From positions 4,340 through 68,339 of IMG/VR virus record IMGVR_UViG_3300034068_000289: a stretch of 64,000 nt of DNA, one strand, 5' to 3'. The stretch comes from a virus. Below, one piece after another: positions 1 through 10,305 of this stretch. The notes beneath the pieces were generated by a model, which was not told the origin of the DNA, did no database searches, and saw nothing but the letters and a program-made list of their open reading frames with translations. The position numbers were made by a program, and so were the translations under genes. Position 1 is the stretch's first letter; every line of letters begins with the position of its first letter.

Positions 1-154
1 TGTCCCCAATAATAAATGGTTCAATTTCACGATTAGTTTCAATTAGATCTCTAATTTTTTTATCTTGATCTGATGTAAAAAGGTTGTCTATATAAAAAGG
101 AAGTGGCTGATTATATTTCTCAAACCCCGTAAGGTATTTGTGTAACTCAGCCAT
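1..154 (-). CDS. Partial ORF running off the window edge, possibly another 2OG-Fe(II) oxygenase-like protein
   Basis: ATG at 152-154 overlaps the upstream stop (TAATG). Reads MAELHKYLTGFEKYNQPLPFYIDNLFTSDQ...; the 'IDNLFT' start resembles the two neighbouring ORFs. Confidence 0.55.
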   Translation of the reverse strand, partial: MAELHKYLTGFEKYNQPLPFYIDNLFTSDQDKKIRDLIETNREIEPFIIGD

Positions 155-738
155 TACTGTCCCTCATATATTTTAATAAAGTGCTTTGCCTTTTCGTTCA
201 TCTCGGCATTAACTTCTGCACCCTTTGGCTTTGCATCAGTTTTTCTTAAGTGAAAAAAGATCATATCAACAAAGTCTTCGCTAGAGAATATTTTTTTAGT
301 TCTCCAATGAATCTGGTGCGTTCCAGAAAATGTCAAAGCCTGATTATCCTCCAAGGCATACTCACGCTCTTCAACTACTAATGGCCAAGAAGTATTGGAT
401 TTCATCTGGTAGTCAAATGTAAACCTAGGCTCTTTGAATGTTTCATCGTAGTGTGGGGAAAGAAATGGTGCGCCAATTGATCCATCTTCATTTACAATAT
501 TTGTATATCTTGCAAATTGATACTCAGATATCATCAAGCCAGTTTCTCCAGAAATGTTTTCACAATACTTTATTACTTTTCTTTCAACTCCTTCTGGCAA
601 TTTAAAATCAGAAATTTTTTGATTAAATCTTTTCATTACATACTGTTGAGAGGGAGTCTCAAGCATTTTATATATTTCTTGAATTTCTTGCTCAGTTAAA
701 ACATTGTCAACTATCTCATTTGCTTCATCGTATTTCAT
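154..738 (-). CDS. 2OG-Fe(II) oxygenase-like protein
   Basis: HxD (PHYD), distal H and R (QIHWR); double-stranded beta-helix-like pattern; similar to the neighbour at 735. Confidence 0.7.
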   Translation of the reverse strand: MKYDEANEIVDNVLTEQEIQEIYKMLETPSQQYVMKRFNQKISDFKLPEGVERKVIKYCENISGETGLMISEYQFARYTNIVNEDGSIGAPFLSPHYDETFKEPRFTFDYQMKSNTSWPLVVEEREYALEDNQALTFSGTHQIHWRTKKIFSSEDFVDMIFFHLRKTDAKPKGAEVNAEMNEKAKHFIKIYEGQ

Positions 739-1385
739 ATTTTTTCTCCTATGTCTCGTCTAAAATCTCTAATTTCTTGTTCAAGTTTTTTATCATCAAT
801 AACTTTTGGAGAATTTGGAGTAAACATTTCAAAGAATAAAACCTTTACAAAATCTCCTTCGTTCCATTTTCTAATTGTTCTCCAGTGATAATCCTGTCTT
901 GGATAAAGCATTAAGATTCCATTATCTGGTATTGTGTAAAGGTCTTTATTGCTTCCGACCTGCCAAGAAATGTTTGAGTCGAGTTGATATGTTAAAACAA
1001 CACCTGCTCCTCCTGTATGGGTTATCTCTCCGTTCCTGATTGGGTCCCGATCCTTATGTACCTCAAGGATTGGCTGACCATACTTTAAATTATATTCTGC
1101 ATATGTAACACTTATAAGTCTTTCAATTTTTAAATCTAATTGACAATTTTCTTTTGCTAAACTTACAACCTTATTAACAATATGCGATGGCAGTTGAAGT
1201 TCATTTATGTCAAGTCTGCCAAGGTTATTTCTCTTTATTCTTATAATTTTTTTCTCATGCCAATTACTATCTACGGCGTCATCCCACTCAACAATCTCAC
1301 GGGTAGCAAGTTCTTTATCTATTGCCTCTTGAATTTCTTTAATTTCATCTGAGGTAAATACATTATCGATCTGATTATTTCTCAT
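735..1385 (-). CDS. 2OG-Fe(II) oxygenase-like protein
   Basis: VHKD...YQL...YHWR motifs. Start moved to ATG 1385, 6 nt after a TATAAT (leaderless). Confidence 0.7.
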   Translation of the reverse strand: MRNNQIDNVFTSDEIKEIQEAIDKELATREIVEWDDAVDSNWHEKKIIRIKRNNLGRLDINELQLPSHIVNKVVSLAKENCQLDLKIERLISVTYAEYNLKYGQPILEVHKDRDPIRNGEITHTGGAGVVLTYQLDSNISWQVGSNKDLYTIPDNGILMLYPRQDYHWRTIRKWNEGDFVKVLFFEMFTPNSPKVIDDKKLEQEIRDFRRDIGEKI

Positions 1386-1392
1386 AATTATA

Positions 1393-1701
1393 TTATACAC
1401 CATCCACAATCTGCTCTAATATACTCATCTCAATTACTGCAAGTCTTACTTTGGCATTGCCCTCTCCAATAATAACAATAATTGCTGGATCATTGCCATT
1501 CTTAATGGCATCTGTTGTTGCCTTTGCCCATACCGCTTTATTTAATGTAAAAGATTTTCCAACCTCTTTAAAATCTACAGTAAAGTTTTCCCAGGAGGCA
1601 TCACCTTTATGGGTTCCTCGACCAGAATTCTTGTGCTGCTTGGCACCTATTCTTTTACTTTCACTCTTCTCCGTCAAAGTCACTCTTCTTTCTTCTTCCA
1701 A
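1393..1701 (-). CDS. Holliday junction resolvase-like PD-(D/E)xK nuclease
   Basis: E...SG...KGD...DFK pattern; downstream of recA. True start may be TTG at 1677. Confidence 0.65.
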   Translation of the reverse strand: MEEERRVTLTEKSESKRIGAKQHKNSGRGTHKGDASWENFTVDFKEVGKSFTLNKAVWAKATTDAIKNGNDPAIIVIIGEGNAKVRLAVIEMSILEQIVDGV

Positions 1702-1837
1702 GATACACTGTTGTTAAGTGCTTATCTTTACACATCCAAGTTAATGTCTTTGTTTCAGCATAACATCTTAGCGTTGGAACAATTACTTTGCAGGTATGGC
1801 AAACCCACTGTCCAGAATAAACTGTATACGAAGCCAT
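1661..1837 (-). CDS. Small zinc-ribbon protein (58 aa, not in ORF track)
   Basis: Hand translation MASYTVYSGQWVCHTCKVIVPTLRCYAETKTLTWMCKDKHLTTV...; CxxC...CxxxH; fills the gap between recA and the resolvase. Confidence 0.65.
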   Translation of the reverse strand: MASYTVYSGQWVCHTCKVIVPTLRCYAETKTLTWMCKDKHLTTVYLGRRKKSDFDGEE

Positions 1838-1854
1838 TTATAACAATCTGCTCA

Positions 1855-2862
1855 TCAAGACAACTTTTTCTTTAGATCATCCTGCAAGTCAAGATCTTCT
1901 CTAACACGATTGATAAAGCCATCTCTACCCTGAACCTTAGTTCCATCTGGAAGTAAATACCACGCACCAGTTCTTTCAACTAAGCCTACTAGTTCTGCTG
2001 TATCAACAAGATCTCCAACTGCATCTAGGCCGATTGAGTCTCCTCTGAAATAGAAATCATATTCTCCTGATTGAAAGCCTGGAGAAGTTTTTGAGAACTG
2101 AAGTTCCCACTTAATCTTTCTTCCAACTTTTTCCTCAATCAACTTATCTCCTACCTTAATCTTTCCTTTAATCGCCTGATTGTCGGACTCGGAACTAAAT
2201 AACTTAATAATGCAAGAGGAATAAAACTTAGTAGCCTGACCACCAGAAGGCTGCTGACTAGTATACATAGCATTAATATTATTGCGAGACTGACTAATAA
2301 GCACAAGCAGAGTAGGCTTAACTTTATTATTAGCATAGTTAAGCATCTTCCATGCATTGCTAAAGTCACGGGATTCTGCTCCAATCTGTTTTGTATTTTC
2401 CAAGGCCTTCATCTCATCAGTATCTTTTTCAAAATAGATTGCTGGAAGCATTGATGTAATAGAGTCTACCACAATTAAGTCTACTCCAGCATTCATTAAT
2501 CCAACGCCTACGTCTACCATATCACTGATAGTTCTTGCCTGTGAGTAGATTAATTTTTCTGGATCTACCCCGAGTTGTCTAGCCCAATCTTCTGAGTATG
2601 ACATTTCTGAATCAATCCAAGCACATAACTTTCCTTCTGCCTGGGCCAGAGCAATCATCTGAAGACACATAGAAGACTTTGCAGAGGACTTTGATCCCCA
2701 AATAAGAACTTGTCTTCCGTATGGCAAGCCACCGCCAAGAGCCTTATTTAATCCAAAACTTGGCGTTGGCTGAAATTCATACGAAACTCCAACACCAGTG
2801 CCTAATTTCTTTCTCAACTTTGGATCTAGTTGTGCAAACGCTTCTTCTAAACTAACCGACAT
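1855..2862 (-). CDS. recA: RecA-family recombinase
   Basis: GGGLPYGR, P-loop GSKSSAKS, WIDSE, LIVVDS, SQ.R, GGQATKFY, GAWY. Start set at ATG 2862 behind a GGAGG RBS. Confidence 0.93.
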   Translation of the reverse strand: MSVSLEEAFAQLDPKLRKKLGTGVGVSYEFQPTPSFGLNKALGGGLPYGRQVLIWGSKSSAKSSMCLQMIALAQAEGKLCAWIDSEMSYSEDWARQLGVDPEKLIYSQARTISDMVDVGVGLMNAGVDLIVVDSITSMLPAIYFEKDTDEMKALENTKQIGAESRDFSNAWKMLNYANNKVKPTLLVLISQSRNNINAMYTSQQPSGGQATKFYSSCIIKLFSSESDNQAIKGKIKVGDKLIEEKVGRKIKWELQFSKTSPGFQSGEYDFYFRGDSIGLDAVGDLVDTAELVGLVERTGAWYLLPDGTKVQGRDGFINRVREDLDLQDDLKKKLS

Positions 2863-5800
2863 GTATATCCTCCAATGTAACTGTCCCGTCTTTTGTCTTT
2901 CCAAAACTAAATTTATAAGACTTTCCTTCTTCTAGATTCATGTATGCCCTAGCAAAAGATGTAGGGAATACCGTGATAGAGTGAAGATCTCTAGATGTGT
3001 CAGCAAGTGTTAATGATGCCATCTTCTTTCCAGTTTTTGTAATCCTTGGTTTAAAGGATACCACAAACATTTCCTCCTCTGTAAAAGGTAACTGCTTGTA
3101 ACTAAGAAACTTTACCAGCGCATTGCTTGATGTTTTTATTTCATCAGCAGGAACTGCAGATACAATCCTATTATCGTTTGCAAGAATAAGATAAGTACGA
3201 CCAGTCTCAATAGTGGTTGCTTCTTCATCAAATATACCAACACTCCCAGTCTTGTCCAAAACTTCAACTCGTGACCATCCTGTTCCTCGCTTAATTGATT
3301 TTACCATACCTAGAAGGATATAAGATCCCTTCTCTTCAAAATCACACACGTCCTGAATAAATGCGTAATAGTGTGAGGGAATAGTAATATTAAATTCTGG
3401 AAGGTTTAAATACTCGTAAAGGTTTTCTTTAATCTGAGTATCATTTCTTTCATTGTCTGGAAATGTTAGTGCGCCAATCATATTCATAGCCTGTAGTGCA
3501 CGGCTATTAACTCCATTACCTTTTGTAAAAGTAAACTCTTCTACTTCCTTATAAGATTTAAAAGGTCTAGCAGCAATATATTTTTCAGCAATGTTATTAG
3601 AAATATACTTAATTGCAGTAAGTCCAAACCTAATACCCTTGCCTTCAATTTTAAAGTCAAAGTCGGAGTCGTTGATGTGTGGAAGTTTTACTGAAATACC
3701 CATACGCTTTGCCTCAATAAGATATCCAGTTCTATTGTCTTTGTCTTTCTCATTCTTTAGAAGAGCAAACATAAACTCAAGTGGATAATAATACTTTAGC
3801 CACGCCGTCCAATACGAGAGCGTAGAGTAAGCAACCGCATGAGACTTGTTGAACGAGTACCCAGCATGCGCTTCGAAGTCGTGCCATAGATCACGAGCCT
3901 GATTGGGACTAATAAAGGCAGAAGCACCCTCGACAAACCTTTCTTTGAACTCGTCAAAGTCTTTAGCATCTTTTTTCTTTCCAATGATTTTTCTAACTTT
4001 ATCTGCTTCCGACATGGACATTTGTCCAAGGTGTACGCATGCTTGCATAACTTGCTCTTGGTATAGGATGCAGCCATAAGTGTCCTCCGTGAATGGTTTC
4101 ATAATTTGGTGACTATAAGAAACGTTTTGCTTTCCATGCTTACGTGCAATATAGTCTTTGCCAATTGTATTCATTGCTCCTGGTCTAACTAGTGCGTTAG
4201 ATGCAGCAAGTTCGTTAAAATTCTTTACCCCCATTTTTATAAGAAGGTTTGTATATGGAGTTGCTTCACACTGGAATACACCTTTAGTGTATCCATCAGA
4301 AAGCATTTCATAAACTTTTGGATCTGCAAGATCAAGAGAGTCTAAATTAATATCCTTATAGTGGTTTTCTTTAATCATTGCAACTGCATCCTGAATAACG
4401 CTTAGCGTCTTTAGTCCAAGTGCGTCAATCTTAATTAGTCCAATTCTTTCCGCTTCTTCCATGTCGACTCCAACCACTGGAATCCTATCGTCAGATCCAG
4501 GAGAAGAACGAGTTTCCATCGGCGCATACCTAAAGATTGGATCTTTACTAGTAACAACTCCTGCAGCGTGAATACCAGTACCCCTAATTCGACCACGTAA
4601 TTGCTCTCCATACATCTCCACCTCTGGATATTTTTCTCTAAACTCTCTAGTTGATTTTGAAGTACAGTATTCGTCCCAAGTGTCAACCATCTTTAAAACC
4701 TTGTTAACATCTGTTAGTGGAATATTTAATACTCTTGCAACATCTCGTACGACTCCTTTATCTTTAAACTGTAAGAACGTAGCAATGGATGCAACGTGCC
4801 TATATTGTCTAACTAGATAGTCTTTAACCTCATCACGGCGAGAGTCTTGAATGTCCGTATCAATATCTGGAAAGTCATTACGATCTGGATTAATAAAACG
4901 AAAGAACAGCAGTCCATACTTTAATGGATCAACATCTGTTATTCCGAGTGTGTAGCATACTAAAGAACCTGCTGCAGATCCACGACCTGGACCAACCATA
5001 ATGCCTTCCTTCTTTGCCCAAGCAATCATGCTCTGAACAACAAGGAAGTATGGAGCAAACTTTTTATTTTTAATAATCTCTAATTCTTCTTCAACTCTAG
5101 CAACATATTCTTCATTATCCGACAAACCCTTTAACTCTAAACCCTCAAATGCAATCTTTCGTAATTGTTTGTCTGGACTCTTATACTGTACTGGAAGTAA
5201 ATTTAAGCCTTCTTCTATACCATAGTCTTCTACTGTATCTGCCAATAGTATTGTGTTTGAGTATATGTCTGCCCTATCTATCCCCTGCAATTCCATGGCA
5301 GCCTTAATCTCATCATAAGATAAAAGGTGGATATCAAATTTATTAAATGTTATTTGTCGATCTTCTCCGTATAGGTAGTCAAGGCGCTCCATCATAGATT
5401 CGATCTTTGCTGACTTTGCATATGTTGTATCTTTACTTATTTTGCCGTGGGTGTTCATTAATAATTTAAATTCTTGAATTTCTTTTTGTGATGGGTCAAC
5501 GTGGTGACAGTCTGGAGTCACAACAACTTTAATATTAAATTCATCTGCTAAAGCAATAAGATGCTTATTTATACTTGCTTCGTTGTGGGGCATTACCTCA
5601 ATGTAGTAGTCATCTCCAAAACGATCTTTAAACCAGGAGATATACTTCTTGGCAAGTGCAAACTCTTCTTCTTCTAATGCCTTGACCAAAACGCTACTTG
5701 GGCAGGCAGAGGTTACAATAATTCCCTCTTTGTATTTTTCTAATATTGTAAAGTCAAACCTTGGCTTTTTAAAGAATCCATCAGTCCAAGATAATTCGCT

Positions 5801-6127
5801 AATCTTATTTAAGTTTTCTAAACCAATTTTATTCTTGGCTAGAAGGATAATGTGATTATAGACAAGATCTTGTTGACCTTCTCTTTCAGATTTATCTCGT
5901 GTATCAGATATATCTGCACACATGTATCCTTCTAGACCTAGAATCGGTTTAACGCCCTTTGCTTTTGCAACACGGTGCAGTTCCCTGTGCCCAGATAAAG
6001 TACCGTGGTCGGTGATAGCAATTGCTGGCATCCCCAACTCAACTGCACGGTCAACGTATTCTTCTGGAGTAGCAACACCATCAAATAATGAATAGTGTGT
6101 ATGGACGTGTAAACCTACGTAGTTCAT
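2852..6127 (-). CDS. dnaE: DNA polymerase III alpha subunit
   Basis: PHP domain (HVHTHYS, TDHG), GPGRGSAAGSLV, PDIDTD, GIHAAGVV, KIDALGL, YSFNKSHAVAY, C-terminal OB fold. Confidence 0.97.
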   Translation of the reverse strand: MNYVGLHVHTHYSLFDGVATPEEYVDRAVELGMPAIAITDHGTLSGHRELHRVAKAKGVKPILGLEGYMCADISDTRDKSEREGQQDLVYNHIILLAKNKIGLENLNKISELSWTDGFFKKPRFDFTILEKYKEGIIVTSACPSSVLVKALEEEEFALAKKYISWFKDRFGDDYYIEVMPHNEASINKHLIALADEFNIKVVVTPDCHHVDPSQKEIQEFKLLMNTHGKISKDTTYAKSAKIESMMERLDYLYGEDRQITFNKFDIHLLSYDEIKAAMELQGIDRADIYSNTILLADTVEDYGIEEGLNLLPVQYKSPDKQLRKIAFEGLELKGLSDNEEYVARVEEELEIIKNKKFAPYFLVVQSMIAWAKKEGIMVGPGRGSAAGSLVCYTLGITDVDPLKYGLLFFRFINPDRNDFPDIDTDIQDSRRDEVKDYLVRQYRHVASIATFLQFKDKGVVRDVARVLNIPLTDVNKVLKMVDTWDEYCTSKSTREFREKYPEVEMYGEQLRGRIRGTGIHAAGVVTSKDPIFRYAPMETRSSPGSDDRIPVVGVDMEEAERIGLIKIDALGLKTLSVIQDAVAMIKENHYKDINLDSLDLADPKVYEMLSDGYTKGVFQCEATPYTNLLIKMGVKNFNELAASNALVRPGAMNTIGKDYIARKHGKQNVSYSHQIMKPFTEDTYGCILYQEQVMQACVHLGQMSMSEADKVRKIIGKKKDAKDFDEFKERFVEGASAFISPNQARDLWHDFEAHAGYSFNKSHAVAYSTLSYWTAWLKYYYPLEFMFALLKNEKDKDNRTGYLIEAKRMGISVKLPHINDSDFDFKIEGKGIRFGLTAIKYISNNIAEKYIAARPFKSYKEVEEFTFTKGNGVNSRALQAMNMIGALTFPDNERNDTQIKENLYEYLNLPEFNITIPSHYYAFIQDVCDFEEKGSYILLGMVKSIKRGTGWSRVEVLDKTGSVGIFDEEATTIETGRTYLILANDNRIVSAVPADEIKTSSNALVKFLSYKQLPFTEEEMFVVSFKPRITKTGKKMASLTLADTSRDLHSITVFPTSFARAYMNLEEGKSYKFSFGKTKDGTVTLEDIHVG

Positions 6128-6129
6128 TC

Positions 6130-6786
6130 TTACCAGTCTGCGTTTGTTGCAGATGTGGTTGTTGGGCCATCAAAGCCCAAGTAGAATGCTTCTTGTTCTG
6201 CGTAAGGAATGTTACGAAGTGCAAGTTCAAGAGGGTATGGCTCTGTACCTTCCCAGTTGAACGGTTCCTTATCTGGTGCAGATGGAATCAAAGTGTAACT
6301 TGTTTCAGTTCCCTGACCATTACGCTTTACCTTCCAAACAAGATTTGAGATGCTTCCTGTTTCTAGGGCATACTCACGAATTGTATTGAATGCTGATTGC
6401 TTACTAACACCCATTGACCAAATTGCAACATATGGCTTTTCAATTCCATCGTCAACGAGAACGTTGCAATAGAAACGAAGACGTGCTCGCCATCCAGCCT
6501 TTGGATCTTTGCGGTGCATTTCTTCAGCCCAGTCACGGCCTTCTGATTCCATTGTGTCTACAGCCTTGCGCTTATAGTCCTTTGGATTTGTGTGTTCTTT
6601 AACTACAAGTGCAAGTCCACGACCTTCGTTGTAGTTTGCAGATTCATCGTCTAATTCTTCAATAAAACGAATCTTTACTGCTTGACCGTCAGCAAGTTTT
6701 AGCCACTTGACCTTCGGTGAGTTTTCATCATACTTTGGCTTATCGAGCAGGGCATTGATTGCTTTTAGTCCCTTTACTACGCTCAT
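6130..6786 (-). CDS. ssb: Phage single-stranded DNA-binding protein (gp32-like)
   Basis: WLKLADG..KIRF...KRNGQGTETSY pattern; lies between primase and polymerase; C-terminus ends ADW. Confidence 0.7.
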   Translation of the reverse strand: MSVVKGLKAINALLDKPKYDENSPKVKWLKLADGQAVKIRFIEELDDESANYNEGRGLALVVKEHTNPKDYKRKAVDTMESEGRDWAEEMHRKDPKAGWRARLRFYCNVLVDDGIEKPYVAIWSMGVSKQSAFNTIREYALETGSISNLVWKVKRNGQGTETSYTLIPSAPDKEPFNWEGTEPYPLELALRNIPYAEQEAFYLGFDGPTTTSATNADW

Positions 6787-6810
6787 ATTATTCTCCTTTG
6801 TGTTGTTATC

Positions 6811-7755
6811 TTAGTTTAGCATAGACATGATAGATTTGTCAAACTGGAACTGTAACCCAGCAATTGAATCGTCATCCATGTCGCCTATGTCTTTATATTG
6901 TTTATCTAACTTTATAACGGAAACACGAGATCCAAGTTTTTCAATTATCCTGTCTTTCATATTTCCTCCCGCTTCATCATTATCTGCAACAACTATAATG
7001 TTGTTGAAATATTTCTGAAGCAATTCTACTTGCGCCTTAGATACATTTGCCCCAAGGGTTGCTACTGATGGGATGCCAACTTGATCTAGCCTAATAGCGT
7101 CAAATGATGACTCAACTATATAGACATTATCAGATGTCTTTACTCTATGCAAATTAAATAAAGTCTTTGCTTTTGGTAGACCTGGAGTATTTTTAAACTC
7201 CTTGCCCTCAACAGATCTTCCAACAAAACCTATAGGAATTCCTTCTGGACTATGAACTGGGACGGTAACCATGTCCTGCTTAATAGAGTATCCCAAAGAA
7301 AACTTTGACCAGGAATCTGTATTTATTTTCCTATACTTAAAATAGTTTTTTGCTCTATCGGAAACCAGTAAGCCGTTGTATAAGCGCTTTAAGACTACCT
7401 CGTCAAACGGAATGAATTCTGGCTTTGCGTATAGTTGTTTCTGTACTTCTGCTTCAAGGTTAGTTTCACCTTCTTTTGATTTTATAAATCTGGCTGCCTC
7501 AAAATATGATCTGCCAGACGAATGCATGACAACTTCAATAAGAGGTGCGGTCTTCTGACAAGAGAAACAGAAAAACAATCCATTCTCTTTGTGGACCTCT
7601 CCTGCTGGGGTGCGACTGTTATTATGGAAAGGGCAAAATATAATGTAGTTTAAATCTAAGTCAGATTCGACTTCAATGCCTGCGCCCGTGAGGACTCTTT
7701 TAATTTGTTCGGCGGTGTATAAATCACCTTGTGACCGTCTATTCCATCTATCCAT
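6811..7755 (-). CDS. dnaG: DNA primase (CHC2 zinc finger + TOPRIM)
   Basis: CPFH...CFSC zinc finger, GFVGR, IVESSFD, ADNDEAG, KDIGD. Confidence 0.92.
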   Translation of the reverse strand: MDRWNRRSQGDLYTAEQIKRVLTGAGIEVESDLDLNYIIFCPFHNNSRTPAGEVHKENGLFFCFSCQKTAPLIEVVMHSSGRSYFEAARFIKSKEGETNLEAEVQKQLYAKPEFIPFDEVVLKRLYNGLLVSDRAKNYFKYRKINTDSWSKFSLGYSIKQDMVTVPVHSPEGIPIGFVGRSVEGKEFKNTPGLPKAKTLFNLHRVKTSDNVYIVESSFDAIRLDQVGIPSVATLGANVSKAQVELLQKYFNNIIVVADNDEAGGNMKDRIIEKLGSRVSVIKLDKQYKDIGDMDDDSIAGLQFQFDKSIMSMLN

Positions 7756-8000
7756 TCGCTCTGCTTTCTTCCTACGTATACTCCATGTACCGTGATTTCA
7801 AACTCAAAATACTTCTTCTTACTATTATAGTCTACCGTAAAATCTACTTCTATGTCAAGCCTTGGAACGTACCCTGTTAGTTTCATTTCTGATACCAGCA
7901 GTCTAACATACTCCTGTTTAAGTCTGGCTAGGGCTGACTCATCGTGAATAACCCCTGATAGGTTAAATCGCTTGATGGGTTTATGATGTACGTTTGCCAT
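7656..8000 (-). CDS. Hypothetical protein (replication module)
   Basis: 114-aa ORF with its own extended -10 upstream; overlaps the primase start. Confidence 0.7.
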   Translation of the reverse strand: MANVHHKPIKRFNLSGVIHDESALARLKQEYVRLLVSEMKLTGYVPRLDIEVDFTVDYNSKKKYFEFEITVHGVYVGRKQSEWIDGIDGHKVIYTPPNKLKESSRAQALKSNLT

Positions 8001-8021
8001 ACATTAATTATACCCATATGT

Positions 8022-9242
8022 TTACTTATCCTCAAAGTCTTTGTATCTGTAGTATCCCTTGTCAAAATCACACTGAACTAGGAAGTCCCCCATATATCCA
8101 TTACGATTTTTACGAAAAGCACATTCAATAATGTCGCTGTTTGTAGCACGGCCAAGGGCAAGAACCCAGTCAGCATCGTAGGCAATTTGTCTAGACCAAG
8201 ATGTTTGACCAAGTGTTGGAACGCTGTTTAGGTCGTTGGCATCATCAGGGGTAGCGGATGAAATTGCAATAATAGGAACTTCTTCTCCAATTGCCATTAG
8301 TTTAAGTTCTCGTGATAAGTTCTTCATTCTTACCGTTTCATTATCTGATTTCTGATTGGGAGCCATCAACTGAAGATAGTCAACAATTACAAAGTCTGGC
8401 TTGTATTGATCAATCTTTCCACGAAGAACTGATGGGTTAATTTCTCCACCACTATCATTTGATATAATATGAAACTCTGGCTTTCCCTGAAGATTCTTTG
8501 CATGCCACTCTTTAAGCATTTCAATCTCAATTTCGCCATTACTAATTTTTCTGTGTGACCAACGGCCCTCACCCATGATAGTAAACACACGGTTACGAAC
8601 CTCTGTTTCACTCATTTCAAGACTGATGACCATTGGGCTACGACCCTGTTTCCAGGCCTGTACGGCGAAGTAGAGAGCCAACCAGGACTTTCCAATACCT
8701 GGGTATGCAAGGAAGACTCCCAACTGCCCTGGCATGATTCCAGAAGGCAGGTAATTATCAAAACCTGGAAGACCAGTCTTAATGCCTACATGTCCTAAAG
8801 CCTGCATCTTCTTTACACTTTCAAAGTATGCGACTGCAGACTCTAGGTCAGTAACATCGATATCACGGATTGCGGATGTATTCTTTTTTAATGCTGATGT
8901 AGATGTGATCAAAGAGTCTAGAGCCTCTGGACCATTACCAGACTGAACATCCGATGCTGCTGATCTTATTATATCTTTAAGGCTATCTGTTAAATATTCT
9001 GCACGTAACTCTTCTAGGTGGTGCTTTGTTGCACCAATCTCTTCTGTGGGGGAGAAGTCTCTAAATTTCTCAACAACCAAACTAACTGGAGGGGTAGAAC
9101 CATTAGCCTCAAAGTACTTTCGGATAAATGTCCAAATGTCTCCGTGGGTTCTGAGAATTGAATCAATGTTGGCTTGAAGTAGAACATGGGCTTGTTTGTC
9201 TTTCAATACTGCAGAAATCAATTTTGACTCTGTATTACTCAC
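8022..9242 (-). CDS. dnaB: Replicative DnaB-like helicase
   Basis: AYPGIGKS Walker A, ISLEMS, VIVDYLQL, LSRELK, YDADWV, KNRNG. Confidence 0.93.
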   Translation of the reverse strand: MSNTESKLISAVLKDKQAHVLLQANIDSILRTHGDIWTFIRKYFEANGSTPPVSLVVEKFRDFSPTEEIGATKHHLEELRAEYLTDSLKDIIRSAASDVQSGNGPEALDSLITSTSALKKNTSAIRDIDVTDLESAVAYFESVKKMQALGHVGIKTGLPGFDNYLPSGIMPGQLGVFLAYPGIGKSWLALYFAVQAWKQGRSPMVISLEMSETEVRNRVFTIMGEGRWSHRKISNGEIEIEMLKEWHAKNLQGKPEFHIISNDSGGEINPSVLRGKIDQYKPDFVIVDYLQLMAPNQKSDNETVRMKNLSRELKLMAIGEEVPIIAISSATPDDANDLNSVPTLGQTSWSRQIAYDADWVLALGRATNSDIIECAFRKNRNGYMGDFLVQCDFDKGYYRYKDFEDK

Positions 9243-9543
9243 TTAGCCACTCCTTTGCTTTTGCCCTGCGCTCTAGTCGTTCCTTGTCGTCTTTTTTCTT
9301 ATCTAGTCTTGCTTGTAATATTTTCTCTGCATTGTATGCAAAGTAATTCCAAGAAGGAGAGGAAGCAACACTAAAATAGTACTCAAGTAAATCATAGCAT
9401 TCCCCTATTCCGTAGGACTCTACGAGTGCGTCGGAAGCCCATTGTTCAACGTTTAAATTCAGTGATGGCTTTGACTCGTACCTTGCTGTGTGATACTTAC
9501 TGTATCTTGAAAGCAAAGCCATTCGGTCTTTGCGTTCGGCCAT
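9235..9543 (-). CDS. Hypothetical protein (possible helicase partner)
   Basis: 102-aa ORF overlapping the dnaB start. Confidence 0.7.
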   Translation of the reverse strand: MAERKDRMALLSRYSKYHTARYESKPSLNLNVEQWASDALVESYGIGECYDLLEYYFSVASSPSWNYFAYNAEKILQARLDKKKDDKERLERRAKAKEWLSE

Positions 9544-9749
9544 TACTCGTTTATTTCAGACTTTGCTTCGTTAATTTTAGTAGTCAGTTTGTCTTCAACA
9601 AACTTATAAACACGCTCAAAGGCTTGGTCAACTGTTTCTCCATTTTTGCGATTGTCAACAACCCCAAGATCCAGTCTAAGCGACTGAAAATTTCCCAGGT
9701 TAAGCGTGTATCCTAATGTTACAGATACCTTAGTTTCTTCGTTATTCAT
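9543..9749 (-). CDS. Small phage protein
   Basis: MNNEETKVSVTLGYTLNLGNFQSLRLDLG...; start moved to ATG 9749 after an AAGGG RBS. Confidence 0.7.
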   Translation of the reverse strand: MNNEETKVSVTLGYTLNLGNFQSLRLDLGVVDNRKNGETVDQAFERVYKFVEDKLTTKINEAKSEINE

Positions 9750-9759
9750 CCTATACCCC

Positions 9760-10305
9760 TTAATTAATTGATTCGTTCCAAATTGGAATAAATCGTCCAT
9801 CTTCAGTTTTCGTATATTTAAGTATACCATCCCCCATTCGCCTTGTCAATTCAGCCTTTGTGGGTGTTATATCGTTTGTTATTAAATTATCTTTTCTTGG
9901 TCTACCAATGTGGTGTGTAGCAAGTATATCACGAATCTCTCTTACTTGGGATTCTGAGTAATAGGATCTTACTTGCCATCCCCTGTCCCCGCCTTTCTGT
10001 GACCCCGTAGGGAATGGAATGACTCCTCGTTTCATTAATGATGGCATATATTTTTTATGACGATTAACTAAATCAGCAGTCTGGCCTACAGTATATGCTC
10101 GTTCTCTTTTATTTTTAAAATCACTAATTAAACAACTTTCGATTTGATCTTTTGTAATATTATAAACAGACATAATGCCATTGGATTGGTTGTAATGATA
10201 TATGCGAACAAGGTCTTTATTTAAAAACCAAACTTTTTTATTGCCAGGAATCACAGGGAGGAGATTGTAGCCTTCGACCTCTGTAGTTCCTTTTTTAGTA
10301 GCCAT
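9760..10305 (-). CDS. MerR-like helix-turn-helix DNA-binding protein
   Basis: YTVGQTADLVNRH...GVIP...RSYYSESQV pattern. Confidence 0.6.
   Translation of the reverse strand: MATKKGTTEVEGYNLLPVIPGNKKVWFLNKDLVRIYHYNQSNGIMSVYNITKDQIESCLISDFKNKRERAYTVGQTADLVNRHKKYMPSLMKRGVIPFPTGSQKGGDRGWQVRSYYSESQVREIRDILATHHIGRPRKDNLITNDITPTKAELTRRMGDGILKYTKTEDGRFIPIWNESIN

Noticed and set aside
7656-7755. 100-nt overlap of the primase start with the upstream gene as an overprinting event
   Set aside because: The primase start is uncertain and such overlaps are common in compact phage operons.
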